Shown here: positions 24,605 through 37,956 of the stretch, piece by piece
Layout: each line of letters starts with the position of its first letter
How positions within the stretch are numbered: position 1 is the first letter of the stretch
DNA from: Mytilus edulis
Taxonomy: Eukaryota
Direction of reading: 5' to 3'
Length of the DNA: 64,000 nt
NCBI RefSeq assembly: GCF_963676685.1
Contig: NC_092345.1
Location: 4,588,001-4,652,000, forward strand
Notes under the pieces: model-generated
Told to the model about the DNA's origin: nothing
The model's input: the letters and a program-made list of their open reading frames with translations, nothing else
Database searches by the model: none
Position numbers and translations under genes: made by a program

Positions 24605-26486
24605 ATTGGAGTAATTATTGACACTCTGAATTAAATTTCGAAAAACATATAAGTGAGAAAGTTAATAAAGCAAATTCCGTGTCTGCACTACTGAGAAGGA
24701 CTTTCTAATATTTAGATACAGATACCTTTGTACTACTATACAAGACACTCGTAAGAACACATTTAGAGTTTGCAAGCTCAATATGGCATCCATATAAAAT
24801 AAAATATATTGACATGATTGAGAATATACAGCGCCGGGCAACTAAACAACTACCAGGATTAAAGAATTTAACTTACTCAGAAAGACTGCGAAAATTAAAA
24901 CTACCATCTCTAAATTTCAGACGGGTCCGAGGTGACATGATTGAATTATATAAAATACTGGACGGAAAATATGATAAAGAGGCGGCACAATTTGTTAAAT
25001 TATGGAAGGATATGACTACAAGAACAGGGGTACGCGGCAACAGTCTGAAAATATTTCCACAGAGAGCAAGAACAGAATTAAGGAGAAATGTTTTTGCTCT
25101 ATGAGTGGTGAGACCATGGAATACACTACCCGAAATTATAGTGACATCACCAACCACAAATACATTTAAGAATAGACTAGGCAAATACTGGATGAACCAA
25201 GCAATGGTGTACGAAGACTATAAATCAACAATCACCGGAAGTGGAGAAGATTTAGATATAGAGATTGATGAAGAGGAGCTTTAGTTCCTGTGTCAGTAAA
25301 AGAACCTAAGTAAATATCTTAGTAGCTATTTAGGCCTCGGAAGTTCGATGGGAACGCTGAAGTGCGATGTCTACGCCGAAGTGCGATGGTCTTTCGCTGA
25401 AGTGCGTTGGCATGGTATAAATTTTGGATATTGGGACATTTCAAATATAACGTTATACGGATTCGTATGCAAGATAATTAGTTTATGTATATGCAGATGT
25501 CATGCGTACGAAGGAAAGTAAACGGAAAGACACAAACAATTCAAGTCCCGAACATGCAGTTTTGAGCGTTGGACGTATAGATTAAAGAAATAGGTAAAAG
25601 TAAGTCAGATAGCAAATAATGGGGAACAAAGCGGCTATACGATTATCTAAGTCTTTATATGGGCTAACCATTGTTTGAAAGTAAACAATGTATGCCGCTA
25701 AGATGAATCCTGCTTTGTAAGAAAACCCGCACTCTCTGTTTAATTTGTTTGTCCTTATAGTATTAATCTTCTGCAACCGGTTAGACCCGAATGATACCTA
25801 CTTGGTGTAATTCTCAATTTCTGCTGCTCAGCGGAGAAGCTACTAATTCTCAAAATTTTGACAGAAAATGCGTCATATCTCACTAAAAGTAAAACATGTA
25901 TGTTTATTTCTTAAAAACTGTTATGATACCAGACAAATGGATGAATGAGTGTTGTACGCAAATTCTTAGCAATAAGATGACAAGAACAAGTTACTTGTAT
26001 AGTTGATAAAAATATAGATGGACCTTGCTAAGTCAATAATATAGACCGCCGTGCTGAACCCGTTTCTTAATCGCACTTAAACATTCAATATAAAGACATG
26101 TCCATTATAATACTTAATATAACCCAACTAGTGTATTTTCTGACTCCATACTGCTGTATGTGCTAACCAAATGATTAACTGAAAAATCAATGTATTTGGT
26201 TTGGCCTGACCAAAAAAACATTATTAATGCAAGGCTACCACGCCAACCACTACACAGCCCCATGAGATGGGGTTCTATTTTTAGACCATCGCATTTAGCT
26301 ATTATAAACAACGCACTTTATCGTTAAAAAAAATCGGTATTTTTGTTATTTTACTTTTAACACAGTTTTGTGCGAATTTCAAACGCGCAATTTTACACCA
26401 GTACTCAAAACCCTCCTTCCTTTATGGGTGCATTTTACATAGACAAATAAAATCGTATAATATAATCAAAATGAGGATGTTAATAT

Positions 26487-26857
26487 GATGTATGCCTTTT
26501 TGTGCTTCTTTGTTACATTTGTTGTTTTTATGGTGATTAAGATGATAACACAATGTTGACTGCTGTACCCCTATTTTTGACATTTTTACCTATTGTGTCT
26601 GTTTGTTTTGTTCACGCATCGGTGACAATATAATGGAATTTGATGCGACTGTCATACAAGTGAGAGGTTTAGCTAGCTATAAAACCAGGTTCAATCCACC
26701 ATGTTCTACATTTGAAAATGGCTGTACCAAGTCAGGAATATGACAGTTCTTGTCCATTCGTTTTTGATGCGTTTTGTTATTTGATTTTGCCATGTGATTA
26801 TGGACTTTCCGAATTGATTTTCCCTCGAGTTCAGTATTTTTGTGATTTTACTTTTCC
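26487..26857 (+). mobile_element. SINE-like family A copy
   Basis: Reverse complement of the 7088 and 11153 copies; lies in a ~520-bp segment absent from copy 1. Confidence 0.7.
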
Positions 26858-27251
26858 CTTATTCAAAGTTAACAAGACACTATATTATTACGATGTTTTC
26901 AGGACTTGGAATTTAATATAAGCAACAAAAATATAAATAAAATCTAACCAAAGTCGAATGGATGTTTATACTTTTATATCCCATTCAACACTTTGAAGAT
27001 CATAAAAAGTGAAATAACTAAAATCCGAACTCCTAGAAAAATTCAAAACGGAAAGTCTCTCATTAAAATGGAAAAATTAAAAGCTCAAACACACCAAACG
27101 AATGGACAACTGTCATATTCCTGACTTGGAACCGTCATTTTATTATGTGGAAAATTGTGGATTAAACTTGGTTTTATAGCTAGCAAAAGCTCTCACTTGT
27201 AAAACAGTCTCATATCCAATACATTGCTTGGATAAAACAAACAGACATAAT

Positions 27252-27708
27252 CGCAGATCAAATTTATTCGTTCATTGTTTAATCATACGTTTTTTGATTG
27301 AGTTAAGTCTGCCAATTGATATTTTATCGTATGTTTTTCTTTGTTGTGATGTTATGCTATTGTTTCAGAAAAAGGGAGAAGGTTTGGATCCATTAAAACG
27401 TTTAATCCCGCTGCAAATGATTGCACCTGTCCTAAGTCAGGAATCTGATGTACAGTAGTTGTCGTTGGTTTGTGTAATTTATACGTGTTTCTCGTTTCTC
27501 GTTTTGTTTATATAGATTAGACCGTTGGTTTTCCCGTTTGAATGGTTTTACACTAGTAATTTTGGGGCCCTTTATAGCTTGTTGTTCGGTGTGAGCCAAG
27601 GCTCCGTGTTGAAGGCCGTACTTTAACCTATAATGGTTTACTTTTTAAATTGTTATTTGTATGGAGAGTTGTCTCATTGGCACTCACACCACATCTTCCT
27701 ATATCTAT
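27252..27708 (+). mobile_element. SINE-like family B, one-end-truncated copy with 5-bp TSD ATAAT
   Basis: ATAAT at 27247-27251 and 27709-27713. Empty site CAGACATAATAGTTT at ~11996-12010. Near-identical to 12421-12880 in reverse. Confidence 0.85.
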
Positions 27709-28791
27709 ATAATAGTTTGAATGTCAAAAATAGGGGTACAGCAGTCAACGTTGTGTTATAATCTTAATCACTGTAAAATAAAATTAAAAATATGTCAACA
27801 AAGATACACAAAAAGGCATAATAGACAAACAACATTAGCAAACACGAAAGACAATAATACAACAATTTACTATAGCACATTAGCAAAATGACAGTTAGTT
27901 TGCTATTTGCGATGAAAATATTCCATGTTCCTTATTTTAAAAATCGTGTAGGTAGGTTCAAACTGGAAATAAACGATTTAGCTACCACGTGCTAATGATT
28001 CTGGAATAACATACGTTAGGTATGCTCGAGACCAAAAATTTGTGATAGCATGTTTATGATGAGCATAAAACAATATAAAAATCCTTCTAAAGCCAGCTCT
28101 GGTTACCTAGAGACAACCTTTGTGTTTAATACAAATAATATACTAGTAAAGACTGCTTTGTATATATTAGAACTGCATGAGTTACGCACTTTCATTACGT
28201 TCTCACGGGGGAATTTGGGAAGCTGTATGGACATAACAACTTGTTGAGTCCATTGTCGCTCTACTGAGTTATGCTTTCGTTTTTCTGACGATGTCTTAAT
28301 CGCCGACTTTACCTATAGTACATCATGACTAGTGGTATAATGATATCCCAGCGACTATTGAACAGTACAACAACAGCTGTACTGACCCAGTATTGGTTAA
28401 ATTAAAGAGTTTTATCTATTTACATGCGCGTGTTATGTGCTTCCTGTACAAGATACTAAAGGAATAATTCAAAACCATGTACAAGTCAAAGAAAAAACCG
28501 CCAGCAATAACATATCAAAAACAAAAATAAATAAAGACAAACAAGACTCCAAATAACAGTTCATTGAAAACTAAAGATTTAGCAACACAAAGATTAAATC
28601 CTCTGTGATCTCATGTGTTCCGGAAGGGAAAACATATCCTGTTCCACAACTGTCACATACCATGCTTTATGTGAAGAATCACGTTTATCATGTCCGCTCA
28701 TATCACAACAAAAAGTGCGGAAAGAAACGACTACAAAATCAAAATCAAAATCTTTTATTGCAAATTTACACAAGTGAAATAAATTATGGTA

Positions 28792-31700
28792 TCAACCAAT
28801 GTTTTGCCATTTGCAGTTGATTCTAGATCTGGGGTCAGACGAATGTCTATTGTCTATGTCAGACTCAGTTCTACGTTTGTGTAAAATCTCGCCATTTATA
28901 ATATCCACGGGAGACAGATCGATATTTGGAGGGACACTGTCATGCGCCAGAACTGTCGTTAGCCAATCGTTGCTGTTTATTCGTCCTGCAGATTGGTTAT
29001 ACAAACGTTCGTGAATAACTGGCTGCGATGGGATTCTAGAAACATCTGAAGAGTCAAACAAGAAACATGTTAGTTTTATTGACAAGACACTTTTACAATT
29101 ATTGTCATACTAGTACTACATTTTGAAGCTTTGTTTTGTGATGTATATCCTACTACATTTGGGATCAAGGCATTAAACAAATCATCATTAAAGATTTTCA
29201 AATGAAAAGTCTTGTTTCATGCTCAGCAATCAAGATCTCTATTTTGCATCAAGCTTATGATTTTGAAAGGTTAAACATTTTCATATATTATAACAGAAAA
29301 TGTTTCACTCGTTATTTTAATATCTACGTTATACCTTGTGAAAATCTTCCGTTGTGGACTTCAGGTTCGTCGTAACTGGTTTCCACAGCATGATTATGAG
29401 GTGATGACTTTTTGTCCTTTGCTCTTTTATTTTGGAACCACACTTGTATTACTCTATAGTCTAGACATAAATCTCGGCTCAATCGTCTGCGCGCTTCACG
29501 GGTTGGTTTTGGATTTTTGCTGTAAGCTTTTGTCAAGCAGTTTAACTGTTGTGGACTAATGCTGGTTCTGTGTCGTTTACCACTTCCGGTGGAACATTCT
29601 GAGTCACTATCGTCTTGCGAATCTGAAAACAAGAAAATTGCAAATTGTATTGTCAATAGCCAGAAACAATAAGTCAACTCCATTTTAAAGCTGATGAGTA
29701 TATATATATAATTTCATCATATCTCAATGCACGAAATCACCTGACTAAGCCAATATTAAATTAAAAACAAAATGCCATTAGTTGAATATCCTTTGTTTTG
29801 CATGTTTGGCCGGAAGTCGCTAACGCAGACCTCCAATACATATCAACATAAAACAAAGACATAGAACAGAAACAACAACATGAAACAAAGACAAATGAAC
29901 AGAAGAAAAAATAAAACAAACAAAACGAAAACAAATTAGTTAGCCAATGAAGGATAAATGAAATAAACAAACCGGCATCTCGAGGTCAACATACGATACA
30001 GTTTTACATAGAAAGACTTTGGTTTCTGAAATAAGGAAACTGTTTATAATTTATTAGAATGAACTGTGGGGAAAAATGACAAGTCAACTATAAATTAAGA
30101 GTTGCTTAACTTACCATTCGTCCGCAAGGCTCTGTAATCATCACCACATACGAGTTTGTTGTCGTCTGAAAGGTAAAACTGTTCTCCCGTCTGTAATGGA
30201 CGATAGCAGACGACACACTTGAAACACGTCTGATGATAGACGTTTTTCTGAACTCTTTGTACATACTCGTTATCAGACAGAACCAATTTACAGCTAGAAC
30301 ACCGGAACGGGTGTGATCTGTATAAGAAAAGAAATATCAGGTTAAACGGGACATTCAATTCAGAATTAAAAAAACGGATAAATCATAATACAATAAATTG
30401 TATTCTATGATTGTATACTAAAGGTAACTCATATAAAGAATAAAATAAAAGCAAAACAAAACAAACAATAAGAAAAACAAAACTATGGGATACAAACAAA
30501 CAAACGTCAGAAGCTCTTTTCTGGGTTTACTTTCATCATGAACGCTCAAAACAAATTTAGAATAAAAGGATACATTGAATGCGTGAGGATGTTATGACCA
30601 AAAGGCACTATTGCTAATTGTTGAAGACCGTTCGACTGAAGTTAACCCCTAACCCTTAGAAAACCAATGCATATGTGTTAAAAGTTAGGGATACTCCACT
30701 CGACAATTACGTAACGAAGACATTCTAAAATTGCTGATCTTAAAATTCATTTTGATTTTGCATTTTGTTATTTCAGTTAACTCACCTTATATAATCTTCA
30801 TAACACAACAAATTACTACCGTTACCATAGCAACTGTTTCCTAATGGTTTTTCACACATAGAACATTGTAAACATGACGGGTGCCACACTTTGTCATGGA
30901 TACGTAATAATGACTTGTCGTATATGATGTTACCACATCGAGCACACCCAGGAACACCTAAAGACAAAAATACAATGTAAATATGTGTTAGTGTGCAGAT
31001 TGAGACAATTTGAAAAACCTGTCATGCAGTTATAAGTAATGCTTTTCATTGCTGCACAATGACCGGCTTGTAAAATATGGGGAATTAATAATCAAGTTTC
31101 TTTAATGAACTTTTATATTTGTTTTCCCGTATTTTGTGAAGTAGTTTATACTTCTTCAATATAGATTGATGGTGTGTTTATGTTCACTATTATTATGGAT
31201 TATGTCGAATTCAAAATATCTTGTATTGTTCTAAAAGGTTGCTCTATGTATATAAATATTGTTAATTTTCTCATCCGGCAGTAAAATCCAAGAGCAATTA
31301 AATCTGTTTTGGCTGTGTTGATTGCATTACAAGTCGGATTACTCGTATTTTAATCAAATGTTTCATGAAGAGAAAGTACCACGCTTTCTGAACGTTGAAG
31401 GAAGCGTTGCTTGAAAAAACTCTTTCATTGGTCCTCACGTTGTCTATAAAAAGTGGGGAATAACTACCACTATCCAGCAACTCGTAAGTCTTATTTGCCT
31501 GTCTTTTATCCTGGTCGGCCTATATTATCGAAATCAAGCCTATCGTATGTATACTGTTAATATATAACTGTTCTCTTCCTGAAGGTGCACGAATCAGTTG
31601 CCACTTGACGTTAAAGGGAAATCACACTATTTATACTACTAATAATAAATCATTGAAATTTTGCATGTAGACAGATCATACTTATTACAATATTTTAGGC

Positions 31701-34700
31701 GGAAAAAAAATTGGGGTCACCGATGTTATTTTCGAGATATGACGTCATCAAAAAGTAAAAAATCGCGTTATACGGAAATATAGAAATAGCGCTCTAATTT
31801 GCTAATTGAAGGCAAAATTATTGAAAAACGATGTTTTACTGGTAAAACTAAAACAGTCAATTGTAACTTTTACCTTATACACATTTATTTTTCTCAGTTT
31901 CCTTATTTTTCAAGGCCTTTGAACATTTCCCGCCGATTTTAATTTCGATTTATTATAGATTTTTCTAGAAATAAAAAAAAGCTACTAATGTTTTTTCCTT
32001 CAAACTTCTGCATAAGTTGCAGCTTCAGGGGAGATTTTAAAACCATAAATTAAAATGGGGGGTCACCGATGTTTTAAATCCGCTAAAACGGAAACAATCT
32101 TATTATCGATTTTTGGCGGGAACTATAACTAACGTTATAGAACGACGTTGCTAGCATAGGAGCATTTCTAGCAATGCTTGGAATCTATCGAAACGTTAAA
32201 CATTAAAAATACAGTAACAGTTTATTATTTTAATTTTTATAAAGTAATTGTCAAAGTTGAAGTCATCTACATTTTTTGATTGCATTCGTTGTATAGGGAA
32301 AACGATTGTCTGCCTCATGCCGTATAAAAGAAATAATTTACGGCCTGCAGATAAAGAATCTTCTACTTCGGAAGACTGATGGTATCCGGACTGAAAGTAA
32401 CACGTTCCATTTAGACTACAAACAGAACAAATTCACTAACTTGTATATTCGCACCGTGAAGATAAAACCTGATATGCCGTGTTTAAAAATCCACAGACTC
32501 GGCACTTTAAAAAAAGAAGCCCTTAATGACACCATTTTCGGAAGAAATTTGAAATTGGTTAACATTTCCGTAATTACACAAAGCTCAATTTATATAAATA
32601 TATATATAATCGAACCAAATTAAGTTCGACTTCCAGGTAAACTTTGAGTTCGAGTTTTATTTTGATTTCGAACATTTATTCCAGTAAGATTTCTAGTCAA
32701 AGCTAGAGTTACACTTAAAAACTTCCGAGTTATACTGTTAGATAGAGTAAAAATTCTGGAAAAAGTACATACACATTTTGAGATCCGATGAAATTAAGAG
32801 TAAAAAATATTGCAGTTTCTATTTTCTGTTGGTGCAACTCTCTTTCTTTAAATGTATATTCTTTTATCACATTTATCTTTCATTATGGTATATGTACTTT
32901 TTTTTGGCCAATACTGATCATTGATAGTTGATTTGAAAATAACTGATTGAATCGGTGTGTCAATATAAGCACTCTCTGCTATATCATATTGGCTTTTTTT
33001 TTTAAAGAACCAAAGAATGAAAGGTTAATCAGCTACCTTTGTATTAAAAAACTAGTTGTCCTTTTCAGTCATGGTCGGAATCCGACAATCTGACTGTATC
33101 ACTGAAGACAGGCAAGTGATCACATTGTGTGATCTGAACTAGCATTACTAGTTTTTTTCATTGTTTTCATGAATTTTGCAAAATTTTCAGTGGCAAATAT
33201 TACATGATCATCAGCACAAAACTTTTGTCTATATGAGTGGAATATTCCTTCACCAGACGGACCATTAATGTGTTGGTTACAATTAAGCAGTCCTCTGTGA
33301 GACATATAACTCTACATAAATACATGTGTGTGTGTGTTGAATATTTCTCTTGATGGAGACTTTTAAAGCCAAATGTATAGTACGTGTTAAATTTTTATAC
33401 GCCCGTTTACGGGACGTACATGTATTATGGTATACCGTTGTCCGTCTGTCCGTCCGTCGTCAACATGTCGGACGCTTCAACCAATTTGTATAAAACTTTG
33501 TTGATTTTTTTGTATCTATTGGCGTGCGCTTCCTTTCGTCTTTTATGAATTTTAGATTTTATGTTTCCGAGTTATAGGGTTTTACTATTAAAAAAAGTTT
33601 TTTTTTTAGTTTTCGGACAATAACTCAATAAGTGCTTTCAGCAGTTTTCATGAAACTTTAGTGCATTGTTCGTATCGATTGATGTAAGCTCCCTTTATAA
33701 TTTCATAGATTTTCGATTTTAGGATTCCGAGATATGGGTTTTTTTTTCATTAAAAGGGGGATTTTCCAGTTTTCGTGAGCTAACTCTAAGATGCTTTACC
33801 AATTTTCATACAACTTTGATGAATTGTTTATATATGTTGATGTAAATTACGTTTTGATTTTCATTAATTTCTTATATGACATTGAGAAGTAATGAATTTC
33901 TCTGAAATCTTACCACAAGGTTTCATATCACAAATTGAGGTTGGGGGTACATGTAATTGCTCCAAACGTTCAGGAATTAGGGTTCAAAAACAAGCATTTT
34001 ACTAGTTCTACTATTTTACACTAACTTGTGTTTGAGTGTATAGATCTATCTTAAATTGTACTACAAGGTTCCACACCACAAAGGGATGGCTGGGATTGAG
34101 TTTTGGGGGTAATTACTACAAGAGGAATGGGGGGGGGGGGGGGGGGGGTCATAATTTTTTTCTGCAAATTTTTGAAATTTGATTTTTTTTTTAAATATAT
34201 ATTAAGAGTAAATCTCCAATTACACAACAGTTTTTTTTAAAGACCTTTGACCATATTTATTTTGTGTCAGAAACCTATATTATGTCAAAAATTTGATCAC
34301 AGTCCAAATTCAGTATATATATCAAGCTTGGATATTGTGTCAAATAGCACACATACTTTACGTCCAGTAGCAAGTTTAATCCATACAAGTATCCAGAACT
34401 AAAACATATTAATTTTGACACTGCTTTGTATTAACCCGACAGGCTGCGCCGGATAAATATAAGTGAAATGAGATTTTTGATGAATTATTTATGCATGTAG
34501 TATAGAAAACTATAGTTATGACGTTTCATGCATGTGATATGAGAAAACTGTCGAAACTCATTGTTCCTATTTACAACCCTCTGTTGGACTGAAAACTACA
34601 GATTCCGGAAAGTGTACGCTTACATGCTGCTTCTCTTGGTCTATTTGTACCCCCTCCCCCCCCCCCCCCCCCCGAAAATATACCTTGAACTCTACATACC

Positions 34701-35948
34701 GCATCGCGACAATACGCTGCCAAAGAAAAGTATTTGTCACCGACTTCGTTTTCGAGAAAATGGTTCGAGAGGGTACTAAATTATATTGAATATGCTATGA
34801 ATTTCCATCGTTCTTTGTGTTGATTATTCATGGTGATTAGGTGTTTTGTATTGATATGTTCTTTTTATCATAAGGGTCTGGATAGAGGGTCATTCATTTA
34901 TTAATATATATTTTGTGTTACCAATATTTTTTATTCTTTATATTTAAGCTTCATTCTCTAATCTTCTGTTTTTTGCCTTTTATTCTGCAGTATTTGCCCA
35001 TTATTCTGTATTCCGTAAATTTACCCCAATACAATCAGACCCTCTTTTATGGACACGTATTTTTAATTTAATTATAACAGTTGTAAAAAATATGAAATGT
35101 TCATTATCATTTCTCCTGCTTTAGTGGAACGTCCCTTCGAGCGGCTCGCTATTTTTTTTAAAAATTAGCAACCTTTACGACGGACACGAAAACGGCGACG
35201 TCATAATACAGTTACGACACTATAGCGGCGCCGAGAGCGATGCGTATAAACAATAGTGTGATTTCCCTTTAAGCAAGAACTTGAACAATTATCAATCAAT
35301 ATGGACTTTCCGGTTTGTTTATTACGTGTTTGAATATCTGTACCTTTTACGTTTTATCAGAAGTCCATTACTAGGTGGTAATGGACTTCTGGTTTTATCT
35401 ATATCTTCTTCGTTCAAATATCTACTTTTTTCATCATTGAATAATGACAGTTATATTGAATTTGATACATATACTATTCCTCATTTTTTGGTAAAAGTTA
35501 CGAAATTTAAATAAAAAAAAGTGTAAAAAGAAATTAACAGTGATTCACTGACAGAAAACTAATACCAAACCTTCTGACGAGCAAAGAAAACAAAACAAAA
35601 TAAAAAAAATAATTGAAAAAAAACCCATCTTCCTTATGCTTGTGGATTATATCCGCTGAAAGAAACAGTAAGAACTTAATAATAGATTTTTTTTAAAGTC
35701 TGAAAATATGTTTGTGTACAGTGAACGATAACACTTTCAAATTCGTTATTCACCGATCTTCGTTAAAATAAATTTTTTTTTTAAACGGATGAAATTCAGA
35801 GATGGACTGCATTTACATTTGCATTAATATATATACTTTTTGTTGCGACAGTAATGCTTTTAAAATATTTGTACATACCGCCTTTCCACGAATCAATATT
35901 CTCTGGGTCTGAAGCTGTATCGGACGTGTTCGGAGATGAATATTCCAT
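28792..35948 (-). CDS. LIM-homeobox transcription factor (divergent Lhx3/4-like), copy B, 5 exons, ~328 aa
   Basis: Exons 35879-35948, 30786-30957, 30115-30317, 29335-29622 and 28792-29045, with the same lengths and phases as copy A. Intron 1 is expanded by a 3.65-kb transposon. Confidence 0.88.
31615..35268. mobile_element. Non-autonomous TTAA-targeting DNA transposon (Kolobok-like)
   Basis: 17-bp TIR AGGGAAATCACACTATT / AATAGTGTGATTTCCCT. TTAA TSD at 31611-31614 and 35269-35272. Empty site TTGACGTTAAGCAAG at ~17090 in copy 1. No transposase ORF. Confidence 0.88.
33392..34340 (+). mobile_element. Helentron/HINE (DINE-1/pearl-like) element nested in the Kolobok-like element
   Basis: Starts TTTTTATACGCCCGT, has a GTCC microsatellite and internal ~120-bp repeats; related to 46990-47775. 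Confidence 0.6.
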
Positions 35949-36584
35949 TTTATAAAATTTCGACTATTTCAACCAACTAGCATCAAATAAATGATTGTTT
36001 ATTACAATTCTTTCAGTAATGATTTGTAAACCTTATATGCCTGTATTTTCAAAGTAATAAATGTCAATGTGACTTAGTTAAATAGTTTTGATAATATGAG
36101 ATGTCTCTGGGATGAGCTACGTTTATAATACCTCAAGTATTTTTATTTGTCTGATTTATCTGAAATCCGACTGAATAATTACAAATTATCTGTCTGGCCT
36201 GATAAAAGTCTTGACCAAAACTAGACATAAACAAACGACTCCTTCCGGTGTTTATTCAACAATAACTTCTGATAATTAGGTTAATTGGTGATAACATGTG
36301 GAGGGTCGCGTGTTTCTTTGTTTGTATGTTTGTTGTGATCACTTGTCCATTGATGTTCTTTGACGGGTCGATTACACGTGTTAACGGAAAACAAACAAAG
36401 TGATTGGTGTGAGTTATCGATACTATTAGAATTTCTGATCATGTCTGAGCAATACAAATATATTTTGAGACGTATATTTATTATTACTTTTTTTTAACTG
36501 TACTTATTTACTAACAACAAACCTTAGTTGTCTTAATTTGTTTGTGTTTTTTTTTTCCTCTCGAATATTTATATAGGCTTTAAT

Positions 36585-37956
36585 TACGGGGCGCCGAATG
36601 GGACTCTTGTGGTTTTGTACTCAAAATTCAATTTTGTACGGACAAAAGTGACTTTTGCTCAACAAAAATAAGTTCAGTTTATCAAAATTTGTATCATACT
36701 ACAAATTTAAAATTTTGTCATACAAAATTATCTATCAGCGGACAAAAGTCACTTTTGTCATGACAAAATTCATTTTTGTTACACAGACTTGAATTTTGTT
36801 ACCTAATTTGAAAATTGGTCGACAAAAGTCAATTTTGTATTCAAATTAGTTTAGTTTGGTTTCTGTGAACTAATTTGCATACAAAATCGACTTTTGTTAC
36901 ACAAAATTGACAAAAATGAATTTTGTCTCAACAAAATTGACAAAATTGACTTTTGTCTCAACAAAATTGACAAAATTGAATTTTGTCTCAACAAAATTGA
37001 CAAAATTGACTTTTGTCTCAACAAAATTGACAAAATTGACTTTTGTCTCAACAAAATTGACAAAATTGACTTTTGTCTCAACAAAATTGACTTTTGTCTC
37101 AACAAAATTGACAAAATTGACTTTTGTCTCAACAAAATTGACAAAATTGACTTTTGTCTCAACAAAATTGACAAAATTGAATTTTGTCTCAACAAAATTA
37201 ATTTTTGTCTCACGAAAGTCAATTTTGTCTCACGAAAGTCAATTTTGTCTCATAAAAGTCAATTTTGTTGTTACAAAATTGAATTTTGTCGTCACAAAAA
37301 TGAATTTTGTCTCAACAAAATTGACAAAATTGACTTTTGTCTCAACAAAATTAACAAAAATTGACTTTTGTCTCAACAAAATTAACAAAATTGACTTTTG
37401 TCTCAACAAAATTAACAAAATTGACTTTTGTCTCAACAAAATTGATTTTTTGTCTCAACAAAATTGACAGAATTGACTTTTGTCTCAACAAAATTAACAA
37501 AATTGACTTTTGTCTCAACAAAATTGACAAAATTGAATTTGTCTCACAAAATTGAATTTTGTCTCACAAAAATCAATTTTGTCTCACAAAAGTCAATTTT
37601 GTCTCACAAAAGTTAATTTTGTCTCACAAAAGTTAATTTTGTCTCACAAAAGTCAATTTTGTCTCACAAAATTGAATCTTACCTCACACAATTGACTTTT
37701 GTGATTTAATTTCCATATCAGGTAACAAAAGTCAATTTTGTATGCAAATATGTTTATATTTGCATACCTTTTAGACAAAATTGACTTTTGTCATGACAAA
37801 AATTAATTTTGTCTACACAAATGAATTTTGTCATCACAAAATTGAAGTTCTCACAAAACAAGTCTTTAGCACATAGTTTTGTAAGACAAAAATGATTTTG
37901 TTATGACAGAATTGAATTTTGTACAAAACCACAAGAGTCCCATTCGGCGCCCCGTA
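36585..37956. mobile_element. MITE with 36-bp TIRs enclosing a ~1-kb 10/20/30-bp satellite array
   Basis: TIR TACGGGGCGCCGAATGGGACTCTTGTGGTTTTGTAC at both ends. TTAAT TSD at 36580-36584 and 37957-37961. Empty site at ~18365-18375. The interior is (ACAAAATTGA)(CTTTTGTCTCA) repeats. Confidence 0.9.

Larger units (their letters stand above)
20316..25312 (+). mobile_element. Near full-length degenerate CR1/L2-clade LINE (ORF1 with PHD-like finger; ORF2 AP-endonuclease + reverse transcriptase)
   Basis: ORF1 has CENC..CQRC..CTKC..WFCNPC. ORF2 fragments include FYTNAD, GDMNYP, LDLIF, SDH, KSPGPD, QYGF, DYMKAFDTVPH, LGP and LFADD, with many stops and frameshifts. AATA TSD at 20312-20315 and 25313-25316; empty site GTTATATCAATATCTTAG at ~10321 in copy 1. 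Confidence 0.92.

Noticed and set aside
36851-37555. Several 60-190 aa repetitive ORFs (IDFCLNK / LTFVSTK / SILLRQK)
   Set aside because: They are translations of the satellite array inside a MITE and are open in several frames on both strands.
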